DNA of 64,000 nt, taken from positions 66,279-130,278 of the IMG/VR virus record IMGVR_UViG_3300005613_000001; one strand, 5' to 3'. Positions 28,417 to 37,879 of this stretch are shown here, in pieces. The position numbers and the translations under genes were made by a program. Each line of letters starts with the position of its first letter. The first letter of the stretch is position 1. Under the pieces are notes generated by a model. That model saw only the letters and a program-made list of their open reading frames with translations. It did no database searches and was not told the DNA's origin. The DNA comes from a virus.

Positions 28417-28934
28417 AATTGAAATTCGTTGAAAACCTATTTGGTGTGGGCGATAAACCTAATACTAAATGTTGTGTGTTTGAACAGGAACGATATGAAG
28501 ATAATCGGGGGTTTTTCCAAGAACTATACCGCACAGACTTCTTTATTGACCAAATAAGCTACTCAACATCTAATAAAAATGTGGTAAGAGGCTTACATTG
28601 CTCGCCGTATCCAAAACTGTGCCAATGTCTTAGGGGAAGACTCTTTGATGTGGCTGTGGACATGCGGAAAGATTCCCCAACCTATTTACAATGGGGCGGG
28701 GTGTGGTTAGATGAAGATAACCGCAGACAGCTTTATGTGCCACCCAATTGCGCCCACGGATTCTACGCCGCAGAGGACAATACTATACTCTTGTATGTCC
28801 AAGGTGGGCAATGGAGCCACGGAAACGACAAAGAATATAACTGGCGTGACCCTGCATTCAGCATAGATTGGCCGGAAGCCGAAGAATACATCTTATCTGA
28901 AAAGGATAAAAATGCTGCTTTTCTTGATATATAA
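28413..28934 (+). CDS. rmlC: dTDP-4-dehydrorhamnose 3,5-epimerase-like cupin (RmlC family)
   Basis: VRGLHCS...RGRLFDVAVDMRKDSPTYLQW...YVPPNCAHGFY. Confidence 0.7.
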   Translation: MKLKFVENLFGVGDKPNTKCCVFEQERYEDNRGFFQELYRTDFFIDQISYSTSNKNVVRGLHCSPYPKLCQCLRGRLFDVAVDMRKDSPTYLQWGGVWLDEDNRRQLYVPPNCAHGFYAAEDNTILLYVQGGQWSHGNDKEYNWRDPAFSIDWPEAEEYILSEKDKNAAFLDI

Positions 28935-29129
28935 TCCTATGGACGAACAACAGGAACTTGAATTCAAGAAATGGCTTCAAAAAGAAGGACTTTGGCTAAA
29001 TGACTCAAACGCCGAAGAAACAAGAGGCGGCGTTCGGGCAAAAGCAATGAGCAAACGAGGCCAGCCCGGCTCTCTAGCCCCAATGGGAGGCGGCATGGGT
29101 GGGATGGGCTCTCTAGCGCTTAGATAGCT

Positions 29130-29465
29130 TTACCAACAGATTTCAATTAGAATCTCTTCAACACCCGTTAAATCAACTTCGGTATCAACAAGCCACTTCT
29201 CAATGGCAAGCCCATACCTGTCAATGAACTCTTCTAATGTGCCATCGAAGTTGTTAGTTTCCTGTTGATCCCTATGATAAGCTTCTATATTCGCCTGTGT
29301 CAATTCGTCAGCCCATGTTGAACCTTCATCCGGTTCAAATTCCGACCACAATTTCAAATAGATATCATTTGCAAATCTTTCTGCCACCTTATTTTGAACG
29401 GCTTCCTGAATTTCTTGGGGAAGTTCAGTGTACTTGAGAAATAGAACTGTTTTTTTAGAAAACAT
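29130..29465 (-). CDS. hypothetical acidic protein
   Basis: 111-aa ORF. Confidence 0.4.
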   Translation of the reverse strand: MFSKKTVLFLKYTELPQEIQEAVQNKVAERFANDIYLKLWSEFEPDEGSTWADELTQANIEAYHRDQQETNNFDGTLEEFIDRYGLAIEKWLVDTEVDLTGVEEILIEICW

Positions 29466-29477
29466 TTATCACCCTCC

Positions 29478-29517
29478 ACAAAAAACGACCCGCCCAGATG
29501 AAACCTGGACGGGTCGC
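29478..29517 (-). terminator. rho-independent terminator downstream of the SPFH gene pair
   Basis: Stem cgacccgcccag / ctggacgggtcg. Minus-strand T6 run. Confidence 0.55.
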
Positions 29518-29549
29518 GTAGCCGGGGCCGCAGAACCCCGAACCGTAAA

Positions 29550-31184
29550 TCATTTCTGCTTAGTGAGGGGCACCGTTGGAGTGACATTCTTCAAATCAGT
29601 CCAAAGGGTTCCTTCACCGGCATACAGAAAGTTCAACTTAATATCTTCAGGCAAACCTTCAGCAAACTGCCAATTGGTGTAAGCAATTGAATCACCGAAC
29701 GCCTGAACAGCTAACGCAAACTTCTGCGATTTAGCTTCCTGTTGAAGTTTTTCAGCCGTTGCTTCGGCTTCTCCAACCACAACAGTTCGTTGGGCATCTA
29801 GCTCGGCAACCTGTTTATCAATCGCTGCTACCAATTTTTCGGTTTCAGCTTCAATTTCGCCAGCCTGCTTTTCACCTTCAGCAACAGCCTCGGCGGCGAG
29901 TTTCTTGGTTTCCTCTGAAATCCTAGCCGCACCCAAAACAACCATTTGTTCAGCTTCACGAAGATTAGCTTCAACTTTGGCTGTATCCTTCTCTTGACTT
30001 CGGGTTAGCTTCAATTCATCGGCAATGTATCCCTCTTGAATAGGAATCCGCACTTCTTGAGGAATATAAATGTGCCGTACCAAGCCATAAAGTAAGGTTA
30101 CATTCTTCCCACCTTCCATTAGGGTTGTGCCGTCCTCTTGTGGAACTTCACCACCCTCCAAGACACTCTTAAACTGGGAAGATGTATCCGTTTGAAATTG
30201 CTGGCGACTCTCACCAACAAGCAGATCAACAGCACCCAACTTGCTACCATTGTTACGACAAATGGATTCAGATTGAGGGATAATAACCTTTTGCTCTACC
30301 GCCTCAACATTTCCAAAAGTTCTAACAATTTGTGGGGCTTGCTCGGGCATGATTCCCCAAATGGCGGTGAAATCCAAATGAATTTTAAAGCCATCATTTG
30401 AAGGGAATGAAATACCAGTATCTTCCACCGGCAGATGCTCACCACTTTCATCCACAAAATACACGGGACGTTCAGGAGTTGAGCCTTCTCCCAGTTTCTT
30501 ATCTACGGTAATGCTGGTTTCGCAATATCCAATTTCAACAATATCAACCTGCGCTTCTCGGGGATTCACAGGATACAACCCAGGTGGCAGAACCTTCTCT
30601 TGAATGCCCGCTACAAGCTTGGCTGTCTTGTCGTCAGTCAGATAAGTAACAACACCAACATAACCAGCAGGAATCTCTACCCATCCAGAGTGTTTTACCT
30701 GCAATCCTACCTTCTCGGTTTGAGTTTGCACAGTTTTAAACTCATACGCATAAGGGTGCGCCCGATAACGACCAGGACCGAAACACTTCCGAAGGATACC
30801 CTTGTATTTAGTATCTCCCAAATCACCATCTACAAGGAATTGTCCCTTGTCCAAGTTGTCGCCCAATTTACTTGTGCAAATGCCAACTTGACCGGGTTGA
30901 ATAACAACATCCGGCACAATGGTTCGCTCATACCAAATGGGGCAGTAAAAATGCCGACCAGGGCCTCTAAGATTTGCCAAAACTCCAATTTCCCCCTCTT
31001 GGGCGAAATGTCCCACTTTGGCATAATTCTTACTACCAAAAATAAGCGGACCTTTGTACCTCAGCATGAGGTTGTAGCCCTCGGGCACATAAACCCGATT
31101 GACCGTCCAATTGAAAGCCTCATAGCCTAAGTAAAGTCCCAAACACGCGACAATAGCAACAACTGTAATTCTAATAGACTTCAT
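29550..31184 (-). CDS. flotillin-like SPFH/band-7 membrane protein with a C-terminal Ala/Glu-rich coiled coil
   Basis: N-terminal TM helix, SPFH-like core and a long EA-rich C-terminal region at 544 aa. Confidence 0.5.
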   Translation of the reverse strand: MKSIRITVVAIVACLGLYLGYEAFNWTVNRVYVPEGYNLMLRYKGPLIFGSKNYAKVGHFAQEGEIGVLANLRGPGRHFYCPIWYERTIVPDVVIQPGQVGICTSKLGDNLDKGQFLVDGDLGDTKYKGILRKCFGPGRYRAHPYAYEFKTVQTQTEKVGLQVKHSGWVEIPAGYVGVVTYLTDDKTAKLVAGIQEKVLPPGLYPVNPREAQVDIVEIGYCETSITVDKKLGEGSTPERPVYFVDESGEHLPVEDTGISFPSNDGFKIHLDFTAIWGIMPEQAPQIVRTFGNVEAVEQKVIIPQSESICRNNGSKLGAVDLLVGESRQQFQTDTSSQFKSVLEGGEVPQEDGTTLMEGGKNVTLLYGLVRHIYIPQEVRIPIQEGYIADELKLTRSQEKDTAKVEANLREAEQMVVLGAARISEETKKLAAEAVAEGEKQAGEIEAETEKLVAAIDKQVAELDAQRTVVVGEAEATAEKLQQEAKSQKFALAVQAFGDSIAYTNWQFAEGLPEDIKLNFLYAGEGTLWTDLKNVTPTVPLTKQK

Positions 31185-31202
31185 ACTTTTCTCCTTATTC
31201 TT

Positions 31203-32783
31203 TTAGTTCTCGGGTTGAACGGCGGGAATTCCTTGAGCAGAACTCTCACTGAATTCTTTGAAAATGGATACCAGAGGACTAGACTCGCCCTTAATAGGAC
31301 CGTCCGCTGTATTCACCATCATTGCACGATAAGCGGGGGCAATCTTCTTGAACAAAGTCCAACGAGCATACTCATTGCCATCCCCACTAAAGGCTGCTAC
31401 AGCAGCTTTCCAACCCGCTGCTTCCGCCTCATTGTTGAACATGATAACTTCAGCTTCGGCCTTACCTTTAGCCAAAATCGCAGAAGCTAAATCTTTTGCC
31501 GCTTCAAGTCGCTCTGTTGCCACTTGAAGATCTTTGTTGGCAGCAATCAAAGCCAATTCCTGCTTTTTCTTGGCTTCCGTTACTTCAACAACCACTTCCT
31601 GATCGGCTTCAACTAAAGCTTTCTTCTGTAATACTAAAGCATTTTCAACAGCAAGTTCTTGTTCAGAAGTTTGCTGTTCAATTTGCTTCTCGTACTGTCC
31701 AAGCTGTTGAAAAGCAATTTGACAATCCCGAACAGGACCAGCAATCTTTTGAGGCGGGCGAATCTTGGTAATCAAAGCTTGAATGATTTCCACGCCCTGA
31801 GAACTACATGTCGCTTGAAGGTCTTTTTGGAATTCCTCTTGGAATTGAACGCGGGTTTCGCCAGAGATGAATTCTCTACCAGAATGGTTAGAACCCTTCA
31901 AACGAGCAAATGTGCGAGCATTGGGGAGGATAATCTTCTTGATGATTTCCTCATCAATCGCATCACCATTTTCTGTGTCATTATAAATGACATAAACAGA
32001 AGATGCTTTATCTGGCATTACCCTGAATTCAATAATCCCTTCCAGAGAAACCCAGAAACCATCCTTAGTTGGGAAGCCCAAATCTCCCGCCACGGTGCCA
32101 GCCTCAGACAAATTAAACCTCTGACTGCGGCAATCCACCAAGTTAATGTCAGTCACATAAGGATTGACATAATATGTTCCGGGGTCCAACATTGTATCTT
32201 GAACACCACGGGAATTGCTGTCTACCAAAAGAACATTTGGATCTTCAGGTACAGGGGCGCTCAAGTTAGTTACGATGCCCTTGAAACCAGCGGGGACAGT
32301 TACAGGCGAGAACATTTCAATATGTTCTGCGTAGTTGTCAATTGCTCGCTTAGGAGTACCAATAACCCAAGCATTCAAAGCATAACGTCCAGGTCGTAAG
32401 ACTTCGGGGACAATACCCTTTTGGGTTTCTTCCCAGGCAATAAGAGTTCGTGGGGGTAGATCTTCCCCATAGAGCCGAACCCTCACTCCTAACTGACCCT
32501 CTGGAATTTCAATCTGAGGGTAAACTTCCCAATCCCAAACAAACGGGTTCTTGAAATACCGACCTTCTGCCAGTACGTCCTTTTGAACCCCTTTATACTC
32601 ATCGGTTAAGGCAATCTCTTCATTGGGAGGAAGATCGGTGCCTGTCTTTTTCGTCAAAACTGCCAAACTTTTGCTCGGAACTTCAATCCGGCAGTTTGTG
32701 TAGATGAAAAAGGGAGAAAAAACCAAAATAAACACACCTAACACACACCACGCAATAATCTTTAGACCAGTCGTACTTTCCAT
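31203..32783 (-). CDS. flotillin-like SPFH/band-7 membrane protein, paralog
   Basis: N-terminal TM helix, SPFH-like core and an EA-rich coiled coil at 526 aa. Confidence 0.5.
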   Translation of the reverse strand: MESTTGLKIIAWCVLGVFILVFSPFFIYTNCRIEVPSKSLAVLTKKTGTDLPPNEEIALTDEYKGVQKDVLAEGRYFKNPFVWDWEVYPQIEIPEGQLGVRVRLYGEDLPPRTLIAWEETQKGIVPEVLRPGRYALNAWVIGTPKRAIDNYAEHIEMFSPVTVPAGFKGIVTNLSAPVPEDPNVLLVDSNSRGVQDTMLDPGTYYVNPYVTDINLVDCRSQRFNLSEAGTVAGDLGFPTKDGFWVSLEGIIEFRVMPDKASSVYVIYNDTENGDAIDEEIIKKIILPNARTFARLKGSNHSGREFISGETRVQFQEEFQKDLQATCSSQGVEIIQALITKIRPPQKIAGPVRDCQIAFQQLGQYEKQIEQQTSEQELAVENALVLQKKALVEADQEVVVEVTEAKKKQELALIAANKDLQVATERLEAAKDLASAILAKGKAEAEVIMFNNEAEAAGWKAAVAAFSGDGNEYARWTLFKKIAPAYRAMMVNTADGPIKGESSPLVSIFKEFSESSAQGIPAVQPEN

Positions 32784-32839
32784 TGCTTGCTCCTTTCATG
32801 AGAGCCATTCGAAAACATTCGTGTCTTTCCCATCATATC

Positions 32840-32870
32840 ATAAAAACCGCCAATGTAAACTGGCGGTTTG
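32840..32870 (-). terminator. rho-independent terminator
   Basis: Stem ccgcca / tggcgg with an 8-nt loop and T-rich flanks on both strands. Confidence 0.45.
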
Positions 32871-32900
32871 GGTAAGATAGAACCTCTCAGGGTACAATTC

Positions 32901-33230
32901 CTATTCCAGCCACTCTCCATCCTTTTTAAATCCCCGCCTCTCTAATTCTTTATTGACGCGGGTTGCTATTTTTGCCCTGAAGAATTCATCCTCTTCTTCT
33001 AATCCATCGGCAGTCAAACCCATGTCGTCAAGAACCTCATCTATGAGGCGGCATCTTCTCTCTCGCCTCTCCAAAATACGCCGAAGTGTTTTGCCCAATT
33101 CCGCAGCACTTTCAGCTACCTTGCGAGATGTTTCCGCCGCCTCAGTATTTCCAGCCGCTTCTTCTCTAGCTGCAACCTGATCGTAAGCACTCGTAACCAA
33201 AGCAGACTTGTCAAGAAGTTCATCTTTCAT
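32901..33230 (-). CDS. hypothetical protein
   Basis: 109-aa ORF. Confidence 0.4.
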   Translation of the reverse strand: MKDELLDKSALVTSAYDQVAAREEAAGNTEAAETSRKVAESAAELGKTLRRILERRERRCRLIDEVLDDMGLTADGLEEEDEFFRAKIATRVNKELERRGFKKDGEWLE

Positions 33231-33263
33231 ATTTAATTTCGGTGTTGCCCACCTATATAGAGT

Positions 33264-33920
33264 ATGAAGACATGTTCAAAATGCAATTTAACTAAAGACG
33301 AAACGCTATTTTCTAAGAACTCTTCCACTAAAGACGGGTTGTACGCATGGTGTAAGGCGTGTGCGAAGGAATACCGGAAAACTGAATATAAAAAAAACAA
33401 GGCTCAACACAAAGCAAGAAACCGCAAGTGGCGAGAAGAAAATGTTGAACATAATAAGGCTCGCAATCAAAAGTGGTTGAAAGAAAACGCCGAACACCGT
33501 AAAGTATATAAAAAGGAATATCGCAAAAAAAACCAAGAATCAATTAATGCTTATAAGCGGGAGAAATACCAACGAGACATGCAAAATCCTTACTTCAGGC
33601 TCAAGGAGTGTCTTCGTAATCGCCTCCGTAAATACATAAAACGAAAAGGAAACACCCAACGATCTAAAGACTTAACCGGATGCACCATTGAAGAACTTGT
33701 ACTCCATCTTGAATCAAAATTTATGGAAGGAATGACATGGGACAACTATGGGAAGTGGCACGTTGACCATATCATTCCTATTTCCAGCTTCAATCTCACA
33801 CTAGAAACCGAAGTTGAAAAATGTTTCCATTTTACCAATCTTCAACCTTTGTGGGCAAAAGATAATTTAAAAAAAGGCAATCTTATTCAGGATGAACTAA
33901 CGAAAACTCACCCTTCATAA
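33264..33920 (+). CDS. HNH homing endonuclease
   Basis: WHVDHIIP...NLQPLWAKDNLKKGN HNH core with a basic N-terminal half. Confidence 0.6.
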   Translation: MKTCSKCNLTKDETLFSKNSSTKDGLYAWCKACAKEYRKTEYKKNKAQHKARNRKWREENVEHNKARNQKWLKENAEHRKVYKKEYRKKNQESINAYKREKYQRDMQNPYFRLKECLRNRLRKYIKRKGNTQRSKDLTGCTIEELVLHLESKFMEGMTWDNYGKWHVDHIIPISSFNLTLETEVEKCFHFTNLQPLWAKDNLKKGNLIQDELTKTHPS

Positions 33921-34500
33921 CCCTTTTTATGTTCTTAGTCTTAACACCAAAACGATGATCTACACACCTTGATTCCATAAAATTGTAGGTGCGAATTTTA
34001 TCGCCTCGGTTACCACTTCCAACTAAAAACCTACGTAACCTGCTGTACTTCTCATCCGACTTAGACCTGTAGTGATCCTGCACTTTGGCTGTTAGGACTT
34101 TTAATGCAGTACGACGATTGGTATGTTGATCTCTACCGTTTATGAAAACAGACAGTTTAGTAGGCAAATGTTTCATCCTAACTGCGCTGTCCGTCTTGTT
34201 TTGGTGTTGACCACCTTTACCGTGACCCCCTTGTGTGGTCACTTCTAAATCAGACTCTTTTAAAACAAGCCCATTTTGCTTGTGAATAGGCAGGATTGCT
34301 ACCTTAATATAGGAAGTCTGCTTTCTGCCTTTGGATTCGGTTGGTGGGATTCTTTGGCAACAATGCTGCCCACCTTCATACTGAAAAGCCCTACCTGCGC
34401 CTTTGCCGAAAAACCTAACGGTAACATGCCCGTTAGTGCTTTCTAACAATTCGCTCTTGAGGTTAAGGGTTTTCGCATATTTAAGGTATGCAGCAAGCAA
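33883..34500 (-). CDS. prfH: PrfH-like class I release-factor homolog, a GGQ peptidyl-tRNA hydrolase domain without a codon-recognition domain
   Basis: GKGGQHQNKTDSAVRMKHLPT GGQ motif. GGQHCCQRIPPTESKGRKQTSYIKVAILP matches the RF domain 2/4 block. Its 205 aa match RF-H length. Confidence 0.75.
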   Translation of the reverse strand: MLAAYLKYAKTLNLKSELLESTNGHVTVRFFGKGAGRAFQYEGGQHCCQRIPPTESKGRKQTSYIKVAILPIHKQNGLVLKESDLEVTTQGGHGKGGQHQNKTDSAVRMKHLPTKLSVFINGRDQHTNRRTALKVLTAKVQDHYRSKSDEKYSRLRRFLVGSGNRGDKIRTYNFMESRCVDHRFGVKTKNIKRVMKGEFSLVHPE

Positions 34501-34653
34501 TTCATCAACAAAGATTTTGGAGTCTTCACCGCCTTCGCCAAATTGAATCTCTACAACTACTTCATTGGTAGTCTTAAGAAATTCTTTGTAATCATCTAAT
34601 TCTTGGCTAAAGGCACCCCCTGTTCTTCAATGCTGCATTGCTAAAGACACCCC

Positions 34654-35079
34654 CTATTCTTTTTTTTCTCTTTCATCTTTCATCTCCTTTAGATGGTTCA
34701 TAAGTCTAGGCACCAAATCGGCTGCCATTTTCTTTATTGTATCATATTCTATGTAGGGTTGAATAGCCCCGGAATACTCCAAAACATTGACATTTACCTC
34801 TTTTGGGGGGAAGTAAGTATCCCCCAACCACGATCCCTCTTCCCTCTCATGATCTAGTTCGTGTTCCAAGAACTGTACAATTTCAAAACAATTTGCATCA
34901 TCTTTAGGAACGAACCAATTAATATAGCCCGGCAATGAATGTTCTTTGTGGGCTGTCGGCAAACCCGGTTGGTAATGGAACATCGTATAGGTTCCCCACC
35001 GGAAAATAATCTCCTGGTGGAGTGACCACAACTTCATCAAAAAACCAGATATTAAGTCGTCGCCGTTCATTTTATTCAT
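34654..35079 (-). CDS. hypothetical protein
   Basis: 141-aa ORF. Confidence 0.4.
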   Translation of the reverse strand: MNKMNGDDLISGFLMKLWSLHQEIIFRWGTYTMFHYQPGLPTAHKEHSLPGYINWFVPKDDANCFEIVQFLEHELDHEREEGSWLGDTYFPPKEVNVNVLEYSGAIQPYIEYDTIKKMAADLVPRLMNHLKEMKDEREKKE

Positions 35080-35381
35080 CCCTCATCGGCTTCAACCTTC
35101 CAGATAACACTTTACCTCTTAGCGGGCAGAAAGCCCCTACCAATTCTAAAAGAATTGGCTGGTCATAAGCGAAGTGAGCGGAGCGAACGAGCATGACCAG
35201 CCCTTTAGGGTAGTGGGATGAATGCCCGTGGGCTAAAAATGTCATAAAACATGACGCAAATTAACGCAAGATGAAGCTGGTTTCATAGGACTCACTGCCT
35301 TCAACTTTCTTTCCCCAAGAAATCGGCTCAAAAATCAGTTTTCTTTGCTCAAAAAATGTTCTGGCACACTATATACAATGT

Positions 35382-35531
35382 ATGAGCAAGGAAAACAAAG
35401 ATAAAGATATGCTGGTGCGAGTTCAGCCCACGCTCTTTGAGAAATTCAAGGAGAAGTGCGAAGCAAACTACAAGAGCATCAGCGAAGTCATCCGAGACTT
35501 CATGCAACAATACATCAAAGAGGACAAGTGA
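35382..35531 (+). CDS. small ribbon-helix-helix (CopG/Arc-like) protein preceding tnpB
   Basis: 49 aa MSKENKDKDMLVRVQPTLFEKFKEKCEANYKSISEVIRDFMQQYI. Its stop TGA overlaps the tnpB GTG start in a GTGA arrangement. Confidence 0.45.
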   Translation: MSKENKDKDMLVRVQPTLFEKFKEKCEANYKSISEVIRDFMQQYIKEDK

Positions 35532-36739
35532 AACATCTATATTCTTACAAGTTCAGTCTGAAACCAACAGCACAACAAGAAGTCTTGCTTAACAAGCACT
35601 TCGGTTGTGTAAGATGGGTCTATAACCATTTTTTGAATGAACGCATGGAAGAATACAAAGCAAACAAGCGAAGCCTCAAACGAAGTGATAACGAGAAAGA
35701 ACTGCCAACGCTCAAGCAAGAATATACTTGGTTGAAAGAAGTAGGCAGTCAATCACTGCAATACTCGGTCGAATGTTTGCAGAACGCATACAACAATTTC
35801 TTTCGCAAGTGCAAGCAGAAAGCCAAAGGCAAGAAAGGTTTTCCTCGTTTCAAGAAGCGGCATGGTAAGCAGTCCTTCAAGGTTAAGCAGAATATCCACT
35901 TAGTTGAAGGCAAGTTGATGTTTCCTAAGTTCTTGGACGGAATTGCTATTGTTCAACATCGTGAAGTAGAAGGCGAAATCCAGTTTGCTACTATCAGTAA
36001 GAACAAGGCAGGACAATACTATGTGAGCATTACTGTTTCCAGAGAGATGCCGCAACTTAGTCCTACTGACAAAATGGTTGGCATTGACTTGAATGTAAAA
36101 GCAAACGTGGATAGTGATGGCAACGCCGAGCCTAATCCAAGACCTGCAAAAGAATACCGAGCAAGATTGAAACTTCTCCATCAAAGAGTGAGCCGCAAAG
36201 AAAAAGGTGGAAAGAATAGAAGTAAGGCTAAGAGACAGTTAGCCAAGTTATACTTGAAAGTAACGAACAAGCGTGAAGACCATTTGCACAAACTATCGAA
36301 ACGTATGATTGACGAAAACCAAGTCATTGTATGTGAAGACCTAAGTGTGGAGTCCATGCTTGCTAAAGTAAGTCCTGATGAACGCAAAGAAACTAGACAT
36401 AAAGAGAAGAAACGTCATCAGGATATACAGGATTGTGGTTGGTCAAGTTTCCTCAACAAACTCAAGTATAAGGCTGAGTGGTATGGACGAGAGTTCATCC
36501 AAGTGAGCCGATGGTTTCCAAGTTCTCAGTTGTGTAATCATTGTAGTTGGCGTTATCACGACTTGCCAAAAGATTGCAAGGAATGGACATGCTGGAATTG
36601 TTGGGAGTATAATGACCGTGACCACAACTCAGCGAAAAACATCCTTGAAGAAGGATTGAGAATAAGAACCTCTGGAACAGAGGGAATAGCCTATCGCCCT
36701 GATATAAGACCCGCTATGAGTGGGCTATTGGTTGGATAG
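35528..36739 (+). CDS. tnpB: TnpB (IS605 OrfB) RNA-guided endonuclease with an intact RuvC triad
   Basis: GIDLN for RuvC-I D, CEDL for E, a zinc finger CNHCSW...CWNC and DRDHNSAKNI for RuvC-III. The probable GTG start is at 35528. The ORF track's longer frame starts at 35456. Confidence 0.85.
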   Translation: MKHLYSYKFSLKPTAQQEVLLNKHFGCVRWVYNHFLNERMEEYKANKRSLKRSDNEKELPTLKQEYTWLKEVGSQSLQYSVECLQNAYNNFFRKCKQKAKGKKGFPRFKKRHGKQSFKVKQNIHLVEGKLMFPKFLDGIAIVQHREVEGEIQFATISKNKAGQYYVSITVSREMPQLSPTDKMVGIDLNVKANVDSDGNAEPNPRPAKEYRARLKLLHQRVSRKEKGGKNRSKAKRQLAKLYLKVTNKREDHLHKLSKRMIDENQVIVCEDLSVESMLAKVSPDERKETRHKEKKRHQDIQDCGWSSFLNKLKYKAEWYGREFIQVSRWFPSSQLCNHCSWRYHDLPKDCKEWTCWNCWEYNDRDHNSAKNILEEGLRIRTSGTEGIAYRPDIRPAMSGLLVG

Positions 36740-36753
36740 GAAGCCCCTACCCT

Positions 36754-37056
36754 TTAGGGTAGGGGTAGTTCACACTCATCAACTTGCATTAGAAGACCAC
36801 GCCCAAGATGAATTTCTCCCACAACTATTAATTTCTCAGTTCCGTCTTCAAAATAAGCAGCAGTTGCTCCCTCGTTCTGTATAAGATTTGCAATCGCTCG
36901 TTGGTAGCCCAAATTGAGTGGTTCCGGCAACAGTATAATAGAATCTTTATTTTGATTGATCCAGTCCAGAATCCCAACCAAAGAACTTTCCACAGAAGGC
37001 AACATGACAACATCTTTAGCCACAGCAGTCCTCCCTAGCTGGACGAAGATTACCAC
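36754..37056 (-). CDS. hypothetical protein
   Basis: 100-aa ORF abutting the IS right end. Confidence 0.35.
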   Translation of the reverse strand: MVIFVQLGRTAVAKDVVMLPSVESSLVGILDWINQNKDSIILLPEPLNLGYQRAIANLIQNEGATAAYFEDGTEKLIVVGEIHLGRGLLMQVDECELPLP

Positions 37057-37477
37057 AAACAGGACACTTTAATTCTTCTTCAATCATATTTAATCTTGTC
37101 AACAATTGATCTACTTTTTCTTCATTCTTTTCCTGTTGCTGCGTCACTTCAACAACCAACCTAGCAATCGTCATTTCAGTATGATTGCTTAAAACTATAT
37201 TGCTCCCCGTCTTGTTATCAATCAAAAGAGGCGGGCGTCCTTGGATTTCAAACCTTGGCATCTAATCACCCAATTCTCTCAAGGCAATCTGTTTCATATC
37301 TTCGGGAGAACAAGTTGTGCAAGTTCTCGCCGCTGCAAACACCTTTGAGAAAAAATCTGCAAGTATGGTTGAATCATAAGACTCAGGAAAATCATCCTTC
37401 AATGATCCAATCATAACATTTAAAACAAAGATGCAACCTTGGCTCTTTATCAGTCGCTTAAGTAACCATCCAATCAT

Positions 37478-37879
37478 TTAATACCAATCCTTTCTGAGTT
37501 TTTTCATACGAGCCCGAGTTTTCTTTTGTGCCTCAATCAACTCAGGGACCGCCTCATTTATTTCTTTGGTAATTTGTTTATTCTGCTCTTTGAGCAATTG
37601 GTACTCTTGCCACTCCTTAACCTCTTCGTCAGACAATCTCCTCACAAAAAGTTCACTATTACGAGAATAATAATGAATTTTAATTGTTGTTTCGGGTTTA
37701 GCACTTTTTAGCCTTTTTTGAATGGTCTCGCTCAAAGGGAGTTGAAGCATTTCCTCTAAAGTGAAAACATAATCTTTTCTACCAACAGCTTCTATATGTT
37801 CATTATAATGTGGACCCCTAAAAGCCCGAGGTCTGGGACCACCGTAAGTATGAATTTCCCAAATAAAATACTTATCCAT
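37478..37879 (-). CDS. hypothetical protein
   Basis: 133-aa ORF. It is followed by two small ORFs, 37262..37477 and 37016..37261. Confidence 0.35.
   Translation of the reverse strand: MDKYFIWEIHTYGGPRPRAFRGPHYNEHIEAVGRKDYVFTLEEMLQLPLSETIQKRLKSAKPETTIKIHYYSRNSELFVRRLSDEEVKEWQEYQLLKEQNKQITKEINEAVPELIEAQKKTRARMKKLRKDWY

Larger units (their letters stand above)
35125..36780 (+). mobile_element. IS200/IS605-family tnpB-only insertion element, IS1341-like, with an upstream RHH gene
   Basis: The GCCCCTACC and CCCTTTAGGGTAG sub-terminal motifs are shared between left end (35131, 35201) and right end (36742, 36751). There are hairpins at both ends and no tnpA. Confidence 0.65.

Noticed and set aside
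30600-32399. Plus-strand ORFs of 176 and 246 aa inside the SPFH gene pair.
   Set aside because: They are antisense to long minus-strand genes with clear domain architecture, and their composition looks like shadow ORFs.
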